A stretch of DNA of 64,000 nucleotides from an uncultured Planctomycetota bacterium (lineage in GTDB: Bacteria > Planctomycetota > Planctomycetia > Isosphaerales > Isosphaeraceae), in the NCBI GenBank assembly GCA_963823665.1, contig CAWGMQ010000008.1, forward strand, positions 1,312,001 through 1,376,000, written 5' to 3'. Position 1 is the stretch's first letter. Each line of letters opens with the position of its first letter. The notes beneath the pieces are model-generated. The model was not told the origin of the DNA. It made no database searches and saw only the letters and a list, made by a program, of their open reading frames with translations. Made by a program: the position numbers and the translations under genes. Shown here piece after piece: positions 28,993 to 39,800 of the stretch.

Positions 28993-30642
28993 GTGATTGA
29001 TTCCGCGGCCGCGAGCACGATCATCCGCCGCAGGCTCTCCACGCCCGCGCCGATCTGGCTCACCGTGGTGCTTGGCGCCGCGATCCTCGCCGCCCCTGCG
29101 TGGCTGCTCCGGGAAGACTTCCGTAACTATTCGCTATTGCATGACGACTTCGACTACATCGCGCAATCGCGCAACTGGCCGACGACCTGGGGTCATCTCT
29201 TTGAGCCTCACAACGCTCACGTTGTGCCGATCTTTCGCATATGGACGTGTCTTCTTGTGAGCATCTCCGGGGGGTTGGCGAATGTGCCGGCGGTCTTCGC
29301 ACGATCGTCGTATGCCGGGCTGATCGCAGCGATGCTGGCCCTGGCCTGGGTGGTGGCCCGGGAAACCCGACAGCCGGCGGCCGGGCTCTCGGCGATGGCC
29401 ATCCTGGGAATCTCGACGGTCATCCATCCGGCCGTGACCTGGTACTCGGCGAGCCAGGCCCTCTGGGCGGCGGCAGCGATCCTCGTGACGATCGCGCTCG
29501 CACAGGCCTGGGCAGAAAAGGGGGGTGCGCTCCGGCTCGCGGCGCTCGGTGGGGCAATCGTCCTGGCGCCAGCGGTCTGGTCTGGCGGCCTGCTTGCCGG
29601 CCCGGCGGCAATCGCCTATCTGTTCTTCAAGAAAGCGCGCCCTGTTGCCGGGCCAGCTCTACTCCTCGGCGGTATCACATTCTGTTCCGTCTTCCTCGTC
29701 CTGTTTCTCTCGCAGGGCCAGATCCGTGGCAACCCAATGCTGTGGGAAAAGCGGTTCGACGTCTGGCCGCGGCCTGTTCAGACTCTGCTGCACACGGCGC
29801 AGGTTCTCATTGAAGCATGTGTCTGTGGAAACTGCGGTCTCGATGTGATCACCACGCCACGTCAGGCCGCTGCACTTCTGATTGTGATCGCAGCGTTCTA
29901 CGCCTGGTCGCGACGGGGGGCCGGGCCGTGGAATTCGCTTGAGGCCACGGGCGCCGTCGTGGCGGTGGGGAGTTGCCTGCTGATCTATTTCTTTCGCGGG
30001 AATATGCCGTATACCAGCTTGCGGGCGCTCGGCTGGTACCACACGATTCCCCAGGTCGGCACGATCCTCTTCGGAGCGGGCTGGTGGACTGCGCTGCGCG
30101 CGCCGAGTGAGGAGCGGCCGCGGATGACTCTCGCCCACGCCGCAGGAGTGCTCGGGTTTGTGGTCGTATTCTGTTTGATTCAGATACCCCGCGCCGAGCA
30201 GCAATTGATCCAGACTGCGCCGGCGTTTTTACCCGGAGAAGCTGGCCTCTTCCCGAGCACCGGGCTTCTGGCGGGCAGGGCCCTCTACTTCAAGGGCGAG
30301 TTCCACGATCGCCAGCACCGGGCGCTTGTACGGCTTGATCGACTCGATCAACTTCTCTTCGATTTGAAGGCCAGCCCGGAATCACTCCGGGGCGTCTTCG
30401 GACGACTCAGCTTCCCGGGGATCTCGGAGAAGCAGCTCAGTTGCGATGCCTTCAGCCTACTCTATCCGCGAGCGCGGAACCCGGACACGCTCGCCGAGCT
30501 GGCGAGCCGCAGCATCGAGCTGGTCGAGCTCGTGCGCCCCGAGCGGGAGCCGGAGCGACCCTGGCTCGATGCAAAGCATTCCGCATCGAAGGCCGAAAGG
30601 CACACCGAGTCCGATTATCAGGAACGTCGTCAGACACCTTGA
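28993..30642 (+). CDS. Polytopic membrane protein, GT-C-like
   Basis: First TM followed by HDDFDY...HLFEPHNAHVVPIFR, then more than 10 hydrophobic segments. Confidence 0.6.
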   Translation: MIDSAAASTIIRRRLSTPAPIWLTVVLGAAILAAPAWLLREDFRNYSLLHDDFDYIAQSRNWPTTWGHLFEPHNAHVVPIFRIWTCLLVSISGGLANVPAVFARSSYAGLIAAMLALAWVVARETRQPAAGLSAMAILGISTVIHPAVTWYSASQALWAAAAILVTIALAQAWAEKGGALRLAALGGAIVLAPAVWSGGLLAGPAAIAYLFFKKARPVAGPALLLGGITFCSVFLVLFLSQGQIRGNPMLWEKRFDVWPRPVQTLLHTAQVLIEACVCGNCGLDVITTPRQAAALLIVIAAFYAWSRRGAGPWNSLEATGAVVAVGSCLLIYFFRGNMPYTSLRALGWYHTIPQVGTILFGAGWWTALRAPSEERPRMTLAHAAGVLGFVVVFCLIQIPRAEQQLIQTAPAFLPGEAGLFPSTGLLAGRALYFKGEFHDRQHRALVRLDRLDQLLFDLKASPESLRGVFGRLSFPGISEKQLSCDAFSLLYPRARNPDTLAELASRSIELVELVRPEREPERPWLDAKHSASKAERHTESDYQERRQTP

Positions 30643-30818
30643 TGGACGAGCAGCGGTGGTCGAATCGGCGAGGCGTAACTGTGCGTCGCGATCCGTCCCG
30701 CTTGACAGCGGGCTGTGTTTTGGCCGAGCCAGCGTGCGAGGGGTTGCCGAAGCCGAAGAAACGTGGCAACAATCCGTTGATGTTCGGGAACGCCTGTCCA
30801 AGTCCGAGGGAGTTCCGC

Positions 30819-31997
30819 ATGTCCTTCCTGCAATCCATCAAACTGAGCGGTCTGCTGTCCTTTCCGCCAGACTCGCCGTCGATCGAGCTTACTCCCCTCA
30901 ACGTGCTGATTGGGCCAAACGGTTCTGGGAAGTCGAATCTGATCGAAGCCATCGAGCTGCTTCATGCTACGCCCACCGCGTTTGCGGAAGCGATTCGCCA
31001 AGGCGGCGGTCCACAGGAATGGCTTTGGAAAGGAGACAAGATTCAACGTCCCGCGGACATTGAAGCGGTGACGCACGGAATAAACTCGATCCCGGACCTC
31101 CGGTATCGCATCAGCTTTGCGGCATCGGGAATGCGAACGGAGATCCTAGACGAAGCGATTGAGGAAACAGAGGCAGAAGATCCGAGTGGGGGCCCGGTTT
31201 TTTACTACAGGTTTCAGAACGGCCGACCAGCTCTCAGCGTCCGCAAGACTTCAGGGAAGTACGCCCGCCATGATCTAAAACGGGAGGAACTCGTCCCCGA
31301 CGAGTCCGTACTGTCCCAGCGCAAAGGTTCCGACGTCTATCCCGAGTTGACATGGCTTGGACAGCAATTTACGAGGATTCAGACTTTTCGCGAATGGAGC
31401 TTCGGCCGTTATTTCGCACTGCGCCAACCGCAGCCTGCCGACCTCCCGAACGATATTCTGCTGCAGGACGCACGCAATCTCGGTCTACTGCTCAACGAGC
31501 TCGAACACACCGATGCGAGCACAGAATTCAACGGCCTTTTAACCAAATTCCTACCGCGTTTCCAGCGATTCTCGACCCGCATCCAAGGTGGAACAGTACA
31601 GTTCTACCTCCATGAATCCGGACTGAAGGCTCCCGTTCCAGCCACCCGGCTTTCCGATGGCACAATCCGCTTCATGGCGATTCTGGCGCTACTGCTCTCG
31701 CCTTCACCTCCGCCACTCGTTTGTATTGAAGAGCCGGAGCTCGGTCTACATCCAGACGCGGTCGCGCTGCTGCCCGACCTGCTCATCAATGCGTCCGCAC
31801 GAATCCAGCTCATCGTGACCACGCATTCTCCCGAGTTGATCTCTGGCCTCAGCGAACACGCCGGTTCCGTTTTGATCTGTGAGCACCTCCGTGGAACTCG
31901 CGTAGAGCGCCTCGATCCCGACAAGCTGCAGCACTGGCTCGACAACTATCGGCTCGGCGAAGTTTGGCGCATCGGGGAGTTAGGAGGCAATCCGTGA
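30819..31997 (+). CDS. ABC-type (AAA_21/AbiEii-like) ATPase
   Basis: LNVLIGPNGSGKSNL (Walker A), LSDGT signature, IEEPELGLHP (Walker B/D-loop), TTHS and terminal LGEVW..GELGGNP. Confidence 0.92.
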   Translation: MSFLQSIKLSGLLSFPPDSPSIELTPLNVLIGPNGSGKSNLIEAIELLHATPTAFAEAIRQGGGPQEWLWKGDKIQRPADIEAVTHGINSIPDLRYRISFAASGMRTEILDEAIEETEAEDPSGGPVFYYRFQNGRPALSVRKTSGKYARHDLKREELVPDESVLSQRKGSDVYPELTWLGQQFTRIQTFREWSFGRYFALRQPQPADLPNDILLQDARNLGLLLNELEHTDASTEFNGLLTKFLPRFQRFSTRIQGGTVQFYLHESGLKAPVPATRLSDGTIRFMAILALLLSPSPPPLVCIEEPELGLHPDAVALLPDLLINASARIQLIVTTHSPELISGLSEHAGSVLICEHLRGTRVERLDPDKLQHWLDNYRLGEVWRIGELGGNP

Positions 31998-32659
31998 GGC
32001 GGATTGCCATTTACGTCGAAGGTGGCGGCGATACCGCTCAACAAAAAAGTGAACTTCGTGTCGGCTTGGATTGCCTACTCAATCCCCAAAAGCAGGCCGC
32101 GCGAGAGAAGCGCCTCCTCTGGCGACTCGTCCCGTCCGGTAGCCGCAACTTTGCTTTCGCGGCGTTTATCAACGCGATTCGGACTGACGACGGGCAGACC
32201 CTCTGCGTGTTACTGGTCGATTCCGAAAGCGCCGTGACCCTGGAGTCAAAAGGAAAGGACGACGAGAATGCTCGAGCCCGAAGAGATCACCTCAGCTACC
32301 GTGACAGTTGGGATCTCACGAACATTGATCCGTCGCGCGTGCATCTGATGGTCCAGTGCATGGAGGCGTGGCTCGCCGCTGATTCCGCCGCGTTGGCCCG
32401 TTACTACGGCAAAGGCTTTCATGCCAGAAGCCTCCCGCAACGAGAAAACCTCGAGGAGGAGTCGAAACTGGATCTCTACCTCAAGCTTGCGAAGGCCACA
32501 AAGGAAACCAGCAAGGGCGAGTACTCAGATAAGAAGCATGCGAAGATCAAACACGCCAGCAAGATCCTGGCGCTGATCGAGCCCAAGACTCTTGCCAGGC
32601 GCTGCCCGCGATTCGCTACCCTCACGAGCTGGCTCGACGACCAGATTCGAAGAGCGTGA
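31994..32659 (+). CDS. DUF4276-family TOPRIM-like protein
   Basis: GTGA overlap with the ATPase stop. Motifs IYVEGGGD, LLVDSE, HLMVQCMEAW, Y..K..H and CPRF. Confidence 0.82.
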   Translation: MRRIAIYVEGGGDTAQQKSELRVGLDCLLNPQKQAAREKRLLWRLVPSGSRNFAFAAFINAIRTDDGQTLCVLLVDSESAVTLESKGKDDENARARRDHLSYRDSWDLTNIDPSRVHLMVQCMEAWLAADSAALARYYGKGFHARSLPQRENLEEESKLDLYLKLAKATKETSKGEYSDKKHAKIKHASKILALIEPKTLARRCPRFATLTSWLDDQIRRA

Positions 32660-32692
32660 CACGGCCACGTCCGGACCGTCCAAACCAACCCC

Positions 32693-34985
32693 TCACTCGA
32701 AAACCACCATTGAATGCACTTCCAGCCGCGGCACGATGACCTCGACTCCATCCGCTGTTCGTTTGATCGGCAGCGGGCGATGTTCCGGCTCCTGGAATGC
32801 GCGGGTGACTTTCGGATTTGCAAACAAGACCTTGATGTCCGCAATCGGCAGGGTTTCCTCGCGTTCGGAAGGGTTGTTCTCGGGAATCGCGCGATTGGCC
32901 GTTGTGTTGACCTCGTTGAGCAAATGCACAATCGTCCGTTTGCCCGCTCCCTGACTGTAAAACGCCGCCTGCACGCAGAGGGGAGCGTTCACCTCGACCG
33001 GCGGCTTGTTCGCCGCCGCCGCCCAGCGCACGGCGTTACTGATCAGCTTTCGCTGATATTGATAGGGCGCGATGAAATAGGCCTGGCCGATGTCTTCCGC
33101 GAAATACACCGAGCGCCCTTTCGCGGTCTGGTTCAGCACCATGAACGGCCACTCCGGCGGAAGGCACAGCCTCCTCCCCAGCTTGGTTGCGCCCTTGTCA
33201 ACTTCAACGTTTGTCATCCAGCCGATGTATTGCAGGCGGTCGGAGCCACGGCGGTAATTCGAGCGTATCACCCGGTCATCACTGATCGGATGCAAGTCAG
33301 GCCCGGCGATTCCCAGATAGATCTCGGTCCATCTGGGATAGTTCGGCCACCGCGCCGAGTAGTCTTCGGTGCCCTTGAAATGGGCGCCGAAGAGATCTGC
33401 CAGGGCGAAGTCCGGCTGGCGGTCGCCGAACTCGTTGCAGAGCGAGCTTTCGTGCATCGCCACCAGGCCGCCTCCCTCGCGGACGAACTCACGAATCGTC
33501 TTGATCGCCTGCGCACTCAAACACGCGGCGTTGGGCAGGACCAGCACCTTGTATTGCTTCAACGTCTCGGCGCTTTCCACGTCGGGCTCGATGATGATGT
33601 CGACGGCCAGATGGTCTTCCATGAGCGCTCGGAAGACACCCACGGCAGATTCCATGTGCGCGGGCATCCTCCGCTCGCCGGGTGCCAGCTTGCCCCGGTC
33701 CGGCGTATCCACGCCGCTGCCGATCCACGCACCGAGCGGTACCTCGGTGCGCGCGCCCGTAAGCCCATAGAGAAGGCGGCTGCTCTCACCGACCAGCATG
33801 GCCGCCCACTTGAGCGATCTGGCTTCGCGCGTGAAGGGCTCGCGCTCTACGATCTGCTTGTTCAAGTGTGCAAGCGGCGTTTCGTCGTTCTGCTGCCAGA
33901 AGCCCTGGGCGACCAGGCAGCCGTTTGTGAGCACTGTCATTTCGCGCACGTCGCACTCGGCCCGAGGCGGCTGCATGTTAAACTGGCCCTGCTCGCAAAG
34001 GTAGGGCAAGATCCACGCGGGCCGGTCGCCCGTCAGTCCGCGGTAGTAGCGGCAGGTGAATGCCGGCAGCAGGTTGCTTCCCTGGTCGGGTGGGAAGTCC
34101 CAGAACAGCTCGAGGAACGGAGCATCGAGCACGCGATGCACCGCATCTGTTCCCTCGGCCGCCGGCGCGCCCATCCAGTGCCACCACCGGCCGGGGCCTG
34201 TCGTCCAGGGCGCCGCCACGAAGTCCGGGCTTCACGGCCTTGAGTGCGGCGGTCCACTTAAAGACGAATTTGGTGTAACGATCGAGCCGCCACTTCAAGT
34301 AGTGACGAAAGTCCGAGTTGTTGACGTCGCCAGTCGCTGGGATGTCCTTTCCCGTGTCTGCCTTGTAAGAGCCGGAGCAAGACGGGCAGAAGCACTGCGC
34401 CCAGCACCCGAACCCGTCCATGTTGTAGCCGTCCCAGTCCAGACGCTTCACCAGTGCCACCTGCGACTTGATGAACCACTCGCCATAGGGAGAGTTCCAG
34501 CAGCCCAGCACGTGCATATCTTTGAGCTGTGCGACAGAAATCGGCTTGGCCCCGGGCGAATTCAGCTCTTGCCAATCCGGATGCTCGGCCTGGAGCCACG
34601 GCGTCATGTAAAACCGGATCACTTCTCCCAACACCTTCGCACCCTTTGCATGTGCCCTGTCAACGCGAGCACGCAGCTCGACGAGCGCTTTCTCCGGAAC
34701 CGGTACGCCGCTGCGAATGTCGAGGATCTCGCCGTTCTTTCCGAGAATGAACGGGCCGCCTGCGAATCCGACGCCTGCCGCATTGGTGCCGCCGCAGATC
34801 ACGTTCGTCCCATCCCTGATCACGCTTTCCAGATTGGCGTCATCGACACCGAAGCACAGGCGCCCGAACGAAGGAAGCCACGTCGGCTCCGAGAACCGTG
34901 GAGGATACGTGACTGTCCAGTCATCGGCCCAAGTCACTCCTGAGAGGCCAAGGTGACAGATCACAACGCAAAAGAGAGTTTTCAT
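32693..34985 (-). CDS. Secreted putative glycoside hydrolase (TIM-barrel-like + beta-galactosidase trimerisation-like domain); frameshift near 34220
   Basis: Signal peptide MKTLFCVVIC...TWA, EHPDW, WDGYNMDG...CFCPSC...DTGKDIP, then YKVLVLPNAACLS...IREFVREGGGLVA...DFALADLFG and IVHLLN. Confidence 0.7.
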
Positions 34986-35021
34986 ACGAAGGCCCCAAAG
35001 AACACGTCCGTGGTGTGCCTG

Positions 35022-36149
35022 CTATCCCAGTCGCTTCAGCAGTTCGCGGACCCGCCCGACCAGGTGAGCTCGCGGTGCGTCTTCATTGACCCACGCTGCG
35101 CGGTCGGAGAGTTCTGCCAGTCGCTCGCGCAGCCGCGCGATGGCGGCCAGGCCGAGCGATCGGTGGTCTTGCATCTCGAGTGCGATTGCGTCAAGCCGGC
35201 GCGCGATCTCCTCGGCATCAACGCGATCGGGGAGGGACGAGAGCGGATGGGCGTCGGCTTCGCCGGCGTGGGGCTCGATCACGCCGGCAACCAGCGACCG
35301 AAGCGGCGCGATCTGCTCTTCGCGGTCCCACACGTAGCGGAACACCCAGAAATCCGAGACCCGTGCCGTCTTCCGCCCACACAACACGGCCGACGCCGCC
35401 ACGAGCTTGAGGATCTTCACGACCCGGCGGTCGGAAAGAGCGACGCCAAGGTCGCGCACCTTCGAGACCACTGCGGCGTAGCGATCGGAGATCTCTCGAA
35501 CGTCAACCTCGTAAATCCGCCGCGAAAGTGAGCGCAGATCTTCGGCGGAAATCGACGACTCGATCGCACTGCACCGCTCGAGCTCCCAGCCGGCCGAAAG
35601 CAGGCGCGGTAGTTCCTCAGGCTTCAGGTTCTCGACGTGGCTGCGCAGCAAGAACCGATCGAATAAGGCTCGCAGGGACTCATCTTCGGGCAGGTGATTC
35701 GAAGCCGCGAAGAGCGACAGGAGCGGCAGCCGGTGCACCTCGGCTCCGCGGCGGTAGATCCGTTCGTTGAGCACCGTCAGCAGGTTGTTCAGGATGGCGC
35801 TGTTGGCGTTGAAGAGCTCGTCCAGAAAGATGAATTCTGCCTCGGGAAGCATACCGTTTGTCACGGTAGCCACAGTCCCCTCGCGCAGCCGCACGAGGTC
35901 GATCGGCCCGAAGACTTCGTTGGGCTCGGAAAACCGCGTCAGCAGATACTCGAAGTACGTGCCGCGCACCGCGCTGGCGAACTGCCTGATGAGGGCAGAC
36001 TTGGCCGTTCCCGGCGGCCCGTGCAGCATCAGGTGTTCGCCCGCGGTCACCGCAAGTGCGATCAGGTCGACGATTTCATCGCGGTCGACAAAGCGCCGCT
36101 TGAGCGGCTCGACGACCTCGCGGCGCAGGCGGTCGACGGTGTCATTCAA
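35022..36149 (-). CDS. MoxR/RavA-family AAA+ ATPase
   Basis: GPPGTAKS, YLLTRFSEPNEVFGP, FLDELFNANSAILN, ASNHLP, ALFDRF and SDRR. The TTG start at 36149 overlaps the upstream stop. Confidence 0.9.
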   Translation of the reverse strand: MNDTVDRLRREVVEPLKRRFVDRDEIVDLIALAVTAGEHLMLHGPPGTAKSALIRQFASAVRGTYFEYLLTRFSEPNEVFGPIDLVRLREGTVATVTNGMLPEAEFIFLDELFNANSAILNNLLTVLNERIYRRGAEVHRLPLLSLFAASNHLPEDESLRALFDRFLLRSHVENLKPEELPRLLSAGWELERCSAIESSISAEDLRSLSRRIYEVDVREISDRYAAVVSKVRDLGVALSDRRVVKILKLVAASAVLCGRKTARVSDFWVFRYVWDREEQIAPLRSLVAGVIEPHAGEADAHPLSSLPDRVDAEEIARRLDAIALEMQDHRSLGLAAIARLRERLAELSDRAAWVNEDAPRAHLVGRVRELLKRLG

Positions 36150-36798
36150 CGTGAGCCCCTTTTCCTGCGCTCGAAGAGAACTCGGCGGGACTGGATTGCC
36201 CACGACGACGTTCGTCGCTCGCGAGCTCATAATAGGCACAGCCCGGCGCCCGCTGCGCGGGCCGCCACGCGTGGCGGTCGTTGGCCACAAGCCGTTCGGA
36301 GTACAAGAGCAACAGACCCGGGTGGCCCGCAAATTCGAGAGAGCCCAAAGGCGGCTCAATCACGTCCGAGAGCACCCCCGACAGCGGCCATCGTCGCAGC
36401 ACGTCTTCCAGCAGACCGATCAGCGGGTCGGACGGATCAAGCCCCCGAGCTCGTTTCAAGACCTGCGGCAGATAACGCAGCATCAAATCGGCCGAGAGGT
36501 GATGAGCCGGAGTCGCCGGCTGAATCGGCATCGAGAGGAGCTTCTTCAGTTGCGAGATCCGATCGTTGTGGTTCAGAAGTGCCCAGCTCGCCTGCCGCAG
36601 GACTTCGGCCGCGGAGTAGCCCACCGCCCCATCGAAGGGAATCGCCGGCCCCGCCACCGAAAGCTGGACGACTTCGAATCCCTTTTCCAGAAGGGCAATA
36701 TCCTCGGCAAGAGGCCGGTCTCGCGGGGCCTGAGCCGAGCGAAACACAACCTTCCCTTCTCGGAGCAGCTCAATCACGAATCGGCGAAACGAGGTCAT
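36142..36798 (-). CDS. bpX4-like protein of MoxR-vWA-beta-propeller ternary conflict systems
   Basis: LSVAGPAIPFD...AAEVL...AHHLSADLMLRYLP...RARGLDPSDPL...RRWPLSGV...HPGLLLLYSER, translationally coupled to the MoxR gene. Confidence 0.7.
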   Translation of the reverse strand: MTSFRRFVIELLREGKVVFRSAQAPRDRPLAEDIALLEKGFEVVQLSVAGPAIPFDGAVGYSAAEVLRQASWALLNHNDRISQLKKLLSMPIQPATPAHHLSADLMLRYLPQVLKRARGLDPSDPLIGLLEDVLRRWPLSGVLSDVIEPPLGSLEFAGHPGLLLLYSERLVANDRHAWRPAQRAPGCAYYELASDERRRGQSSPAEFSSSAGKGAHVE

Positions 36799-36823
36799 GA
36801 AATCAGAATAACCGAAGAAAGCC

Positions 36824-39800
36824 TTATCCAACTACGTTTCGCGCTTTGGGAAGCACGGTGAATACCGCGTTGCCACCGGGTATTCCGTCACCGTTGCCAT
36901 CGAGGGCGGTGCCGGAGGTGTCTAAAATCCCCCCCGGCCCAGCATTCACCACAATCTGGCCCCCGAGCGTAAACGCCGGCTTGCCGGCGAGCGAGAGGCT
37001 TACACTGTTCGACGAGGAATTGTACAAGGCCTGGGCACGCACCGGCTTCGCTTTGCTCTTGCGCCCGTGCTTCACGGTTTGGGTCACTGTGTAATTCGCG
37101 GCATTTTCCGCGGCGGCCGGGTCGAGCGCGGCGGTGAAGAAGAGCTGGAAACCGGCAAAGTGCTTGTGCTTACCCTTGCCAGTCGTAAGAATTTGCACGC
37201 GGCTGATGGAGGGAGGAGGCGTGACGGTGAACGCGCTTGAAACGGCCGCGCTCAAACCATCGCCGCTGATCGTGAGTCCGTATCCACCGGCCTTGTTGAG
37301 GGTCAGCCCCGTCAGCGTCGCAACCCCGTCGACAAACGGCGCCCCAGTCGCCCCGCCGAGCGCTCCCCCGATCCGCTTGCGATCGAGACCCGTCACGGAC
37401 CCTGTTTCCGAAGTGACCGTGTTGCCGAAACGATCCTCGGCTGTTACAGCCAGAGAAAACCCGCCCTCCGGTGCAACGTTCGCCGGCGGTTGGCTCGTCA
37501 CAACGAGCTGGTCGGCCGCCGCGGGCGTCACGTTGATTCCGTTCGTAATGGCCGCCGCAAGGCCCTCGCTACTCGCCCGGAGCGTGTCGCCGGCAGTGGC
37601 CTTGTCCAGGTTCAGGCCTGTGAACGAAGCCACGCCGTCGACCGCCGACACTGCGAGCGTCCCATTCAAGGTGTCTCCGTGCGGGTTGCTCGCCAGTGCG
37701 ACGACCACGCTTCCCGCGAACGCCGGCACGACGTTCCCGAAGGCGTCCTCGGCTGTCACCATAAACCCGAATCCGGCGCCGGCCGTGACGGACGACGGCG
37801 GCGGATCGCTCACGACAAGCGCGGCCAGCGCAGCGGGATCGATCGTGACTGGCGTCGCGGTCGTTGCCGCCAGGCTGCCGGTCGCGAACGTGAGCGAGAT
37901 GGTCTCCGCCTTGTCGTCCGCCAGATTCCTGAACGTCGCCGACCCGCCGGAGACTGTGGCCGTGGTTGTCCCCTCGAGCGGGCCGGCGCCGCTGGAAAGC
38001 GACGCGGTCACGATCGTGCTGTCGTCGCTTGTCTCGAGATTGCCGTATTGATCCTCTTCTTCGACCACGGGCTGACTTGCAAACGCCTGTCCGGCTGTCG
38101 CCGCGCTCGAGGGTTGCGTCTCCATGACCAACTGGTAGGGCGTTGCCGCGCTCACGGCGATCCCGCCCGACGTGGCGATTTGCAGGTTGCCGCTCTTGAA
38201 CGCGAGCGTGATGGTCTCTGCCTTGTCGTCGGCCAGGTTCGAGAAGACCGCCACGCCTCCGGATACGCTGGCGAAGACTGTCCCCCGCAGTGGCCCGACA
38301 CCGCTCTGGAGCGACGCAGTGACCACGGTGGTGTTATCGCTCGTCTCCAGGTTGCCGTATTGATCCTCTTCCTCGACGACCGGCTGAGTGGCGAAGGCCC
38401 GGCCGGCCGTCGCCGTCGATGAGACCTGAGTATGGATCACCAACTGGCTGGCCGGTGCCGGCGCGACGACGGTCGCGGCAGACACCGCCGGCAAAAGCTC
38501 ACCGCTCGAGAATAGCAGGCTGAGGCTCCCTGCTGTCTCGTCACTCAAGTCGGTGAACGCGGCCACCCCGCGCGAGACGGCGACCTGGCTCGTGCCTGCT
38601 AGCGAGCCCGCGCCACTATTCAAGGACACCGTCACGGGCGTGCTATTGTCGCCAGTCTCCACGTTGCCGTATTGATCCTCTTCCTCGATCACCGGCTGGG
38701 TCGCGAATTCAACACCGGCCGTGGCGGTCGAGGACTGCGGCGTGCGAATCACCAACTGGGTCGCCGCCGCCGGCGAAACAACGATCAGCCCGGAGTTGGC
38801 TGCAAGGAGCATGCCGCTCTCAAACGCCAGCGCAATCGAGCCGGCCAAGTCTTCGGCCAGGTTCGAGAAGACCGCAAGGCCGCCGGCGACCGTCGCAGCA
38901 GTCGTCCCCTCAAGCGGCCCGGCACCGCTAGAGAGCGACGCGGTCACGACCGTGCTGTTGTCGCTCGTCTCGAGGTTTCCGTATTGATCCTCCTCTTCGA
39001 TGACCGGCTGAGTGGCAAAGGCCTGTCCGGCCGTCGCCGCCCCAGAGGGTTTTGTCTGGATCACCAGCAGGCTGGGATTCGCCGGGCTTACCGTGATGTC
39101 GCTCGATGTCGCCACTTGCAGGGCGCCGCTTTCGAAAACAAGCGAGAAACTCTCCGCCCTGTCATCAGCCAAGTCTGCAAAACTCGCGACACCGCCCGAG
39201 ACGCTTACGGACGTCATGCCCTCGAGCGGCCCTGTCCCGCTGGCGAGCGCCGCGGTCACAACCGTGTTGTTATCACTCATCTCGATGTTGCCGTACCGGT
39301 CTTCTTCCTCGATGAACGGCTGAGTCGAGAACGCCTGCCCGGCCGTCGCCGCCCCGGAGGGTTGCGTCTGGATGACCAACTGGAAGGGCGCCGCGGCACG
39401 GACAGTAATCCCGCTCGAAGTGGCCGCCTTCAGGCTGCCGCTCTGGAAGACGAGCGCATTGCTCTCGGCCTTGTTATCCGCCAGACCTGCAAACCGCGCC
39501 ACGCCGTCCGAGACGGTGACGGTCGTCGTTCCCTCTAGCGGCCCTGGCCCGCTTGCCAGCGCCGCGGTCACCTCGGTGGTGTTGTCGCTCGCCTCGATGT
39601 TTCCGTACTGGTCCTCCTCTGCGATGACCGGCTCACTTGAGAATGGCTGCCCGGCCGTCGCGGTCGATGAGGGTTGCGTCTGGATGACCAACTGGAAGGG
39701 CGCCGCCGCGCTGACGGTCGTCTCGCTCGAAATCGCCGGTTTCAAGCTGCCGCTCTTGAAGATGAGCGTGATCGTCTCCGCTTTGTTGTCTGCCAGACCC

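Noticed and set aside
30702..30730. TTGACA as promoter of the ATPase cassette
   Set aside because: There is no credible -10 element at 16-18 bp spacing.
32714..34243. Long antisense ORFs (also 6418-7794, 8169-9431, 44967-46703, 62982-63968)
   Set aside because: These are shadow ORFs opposite well-supported genes, expected in high-GC DNA, and have no recognisable motifs.
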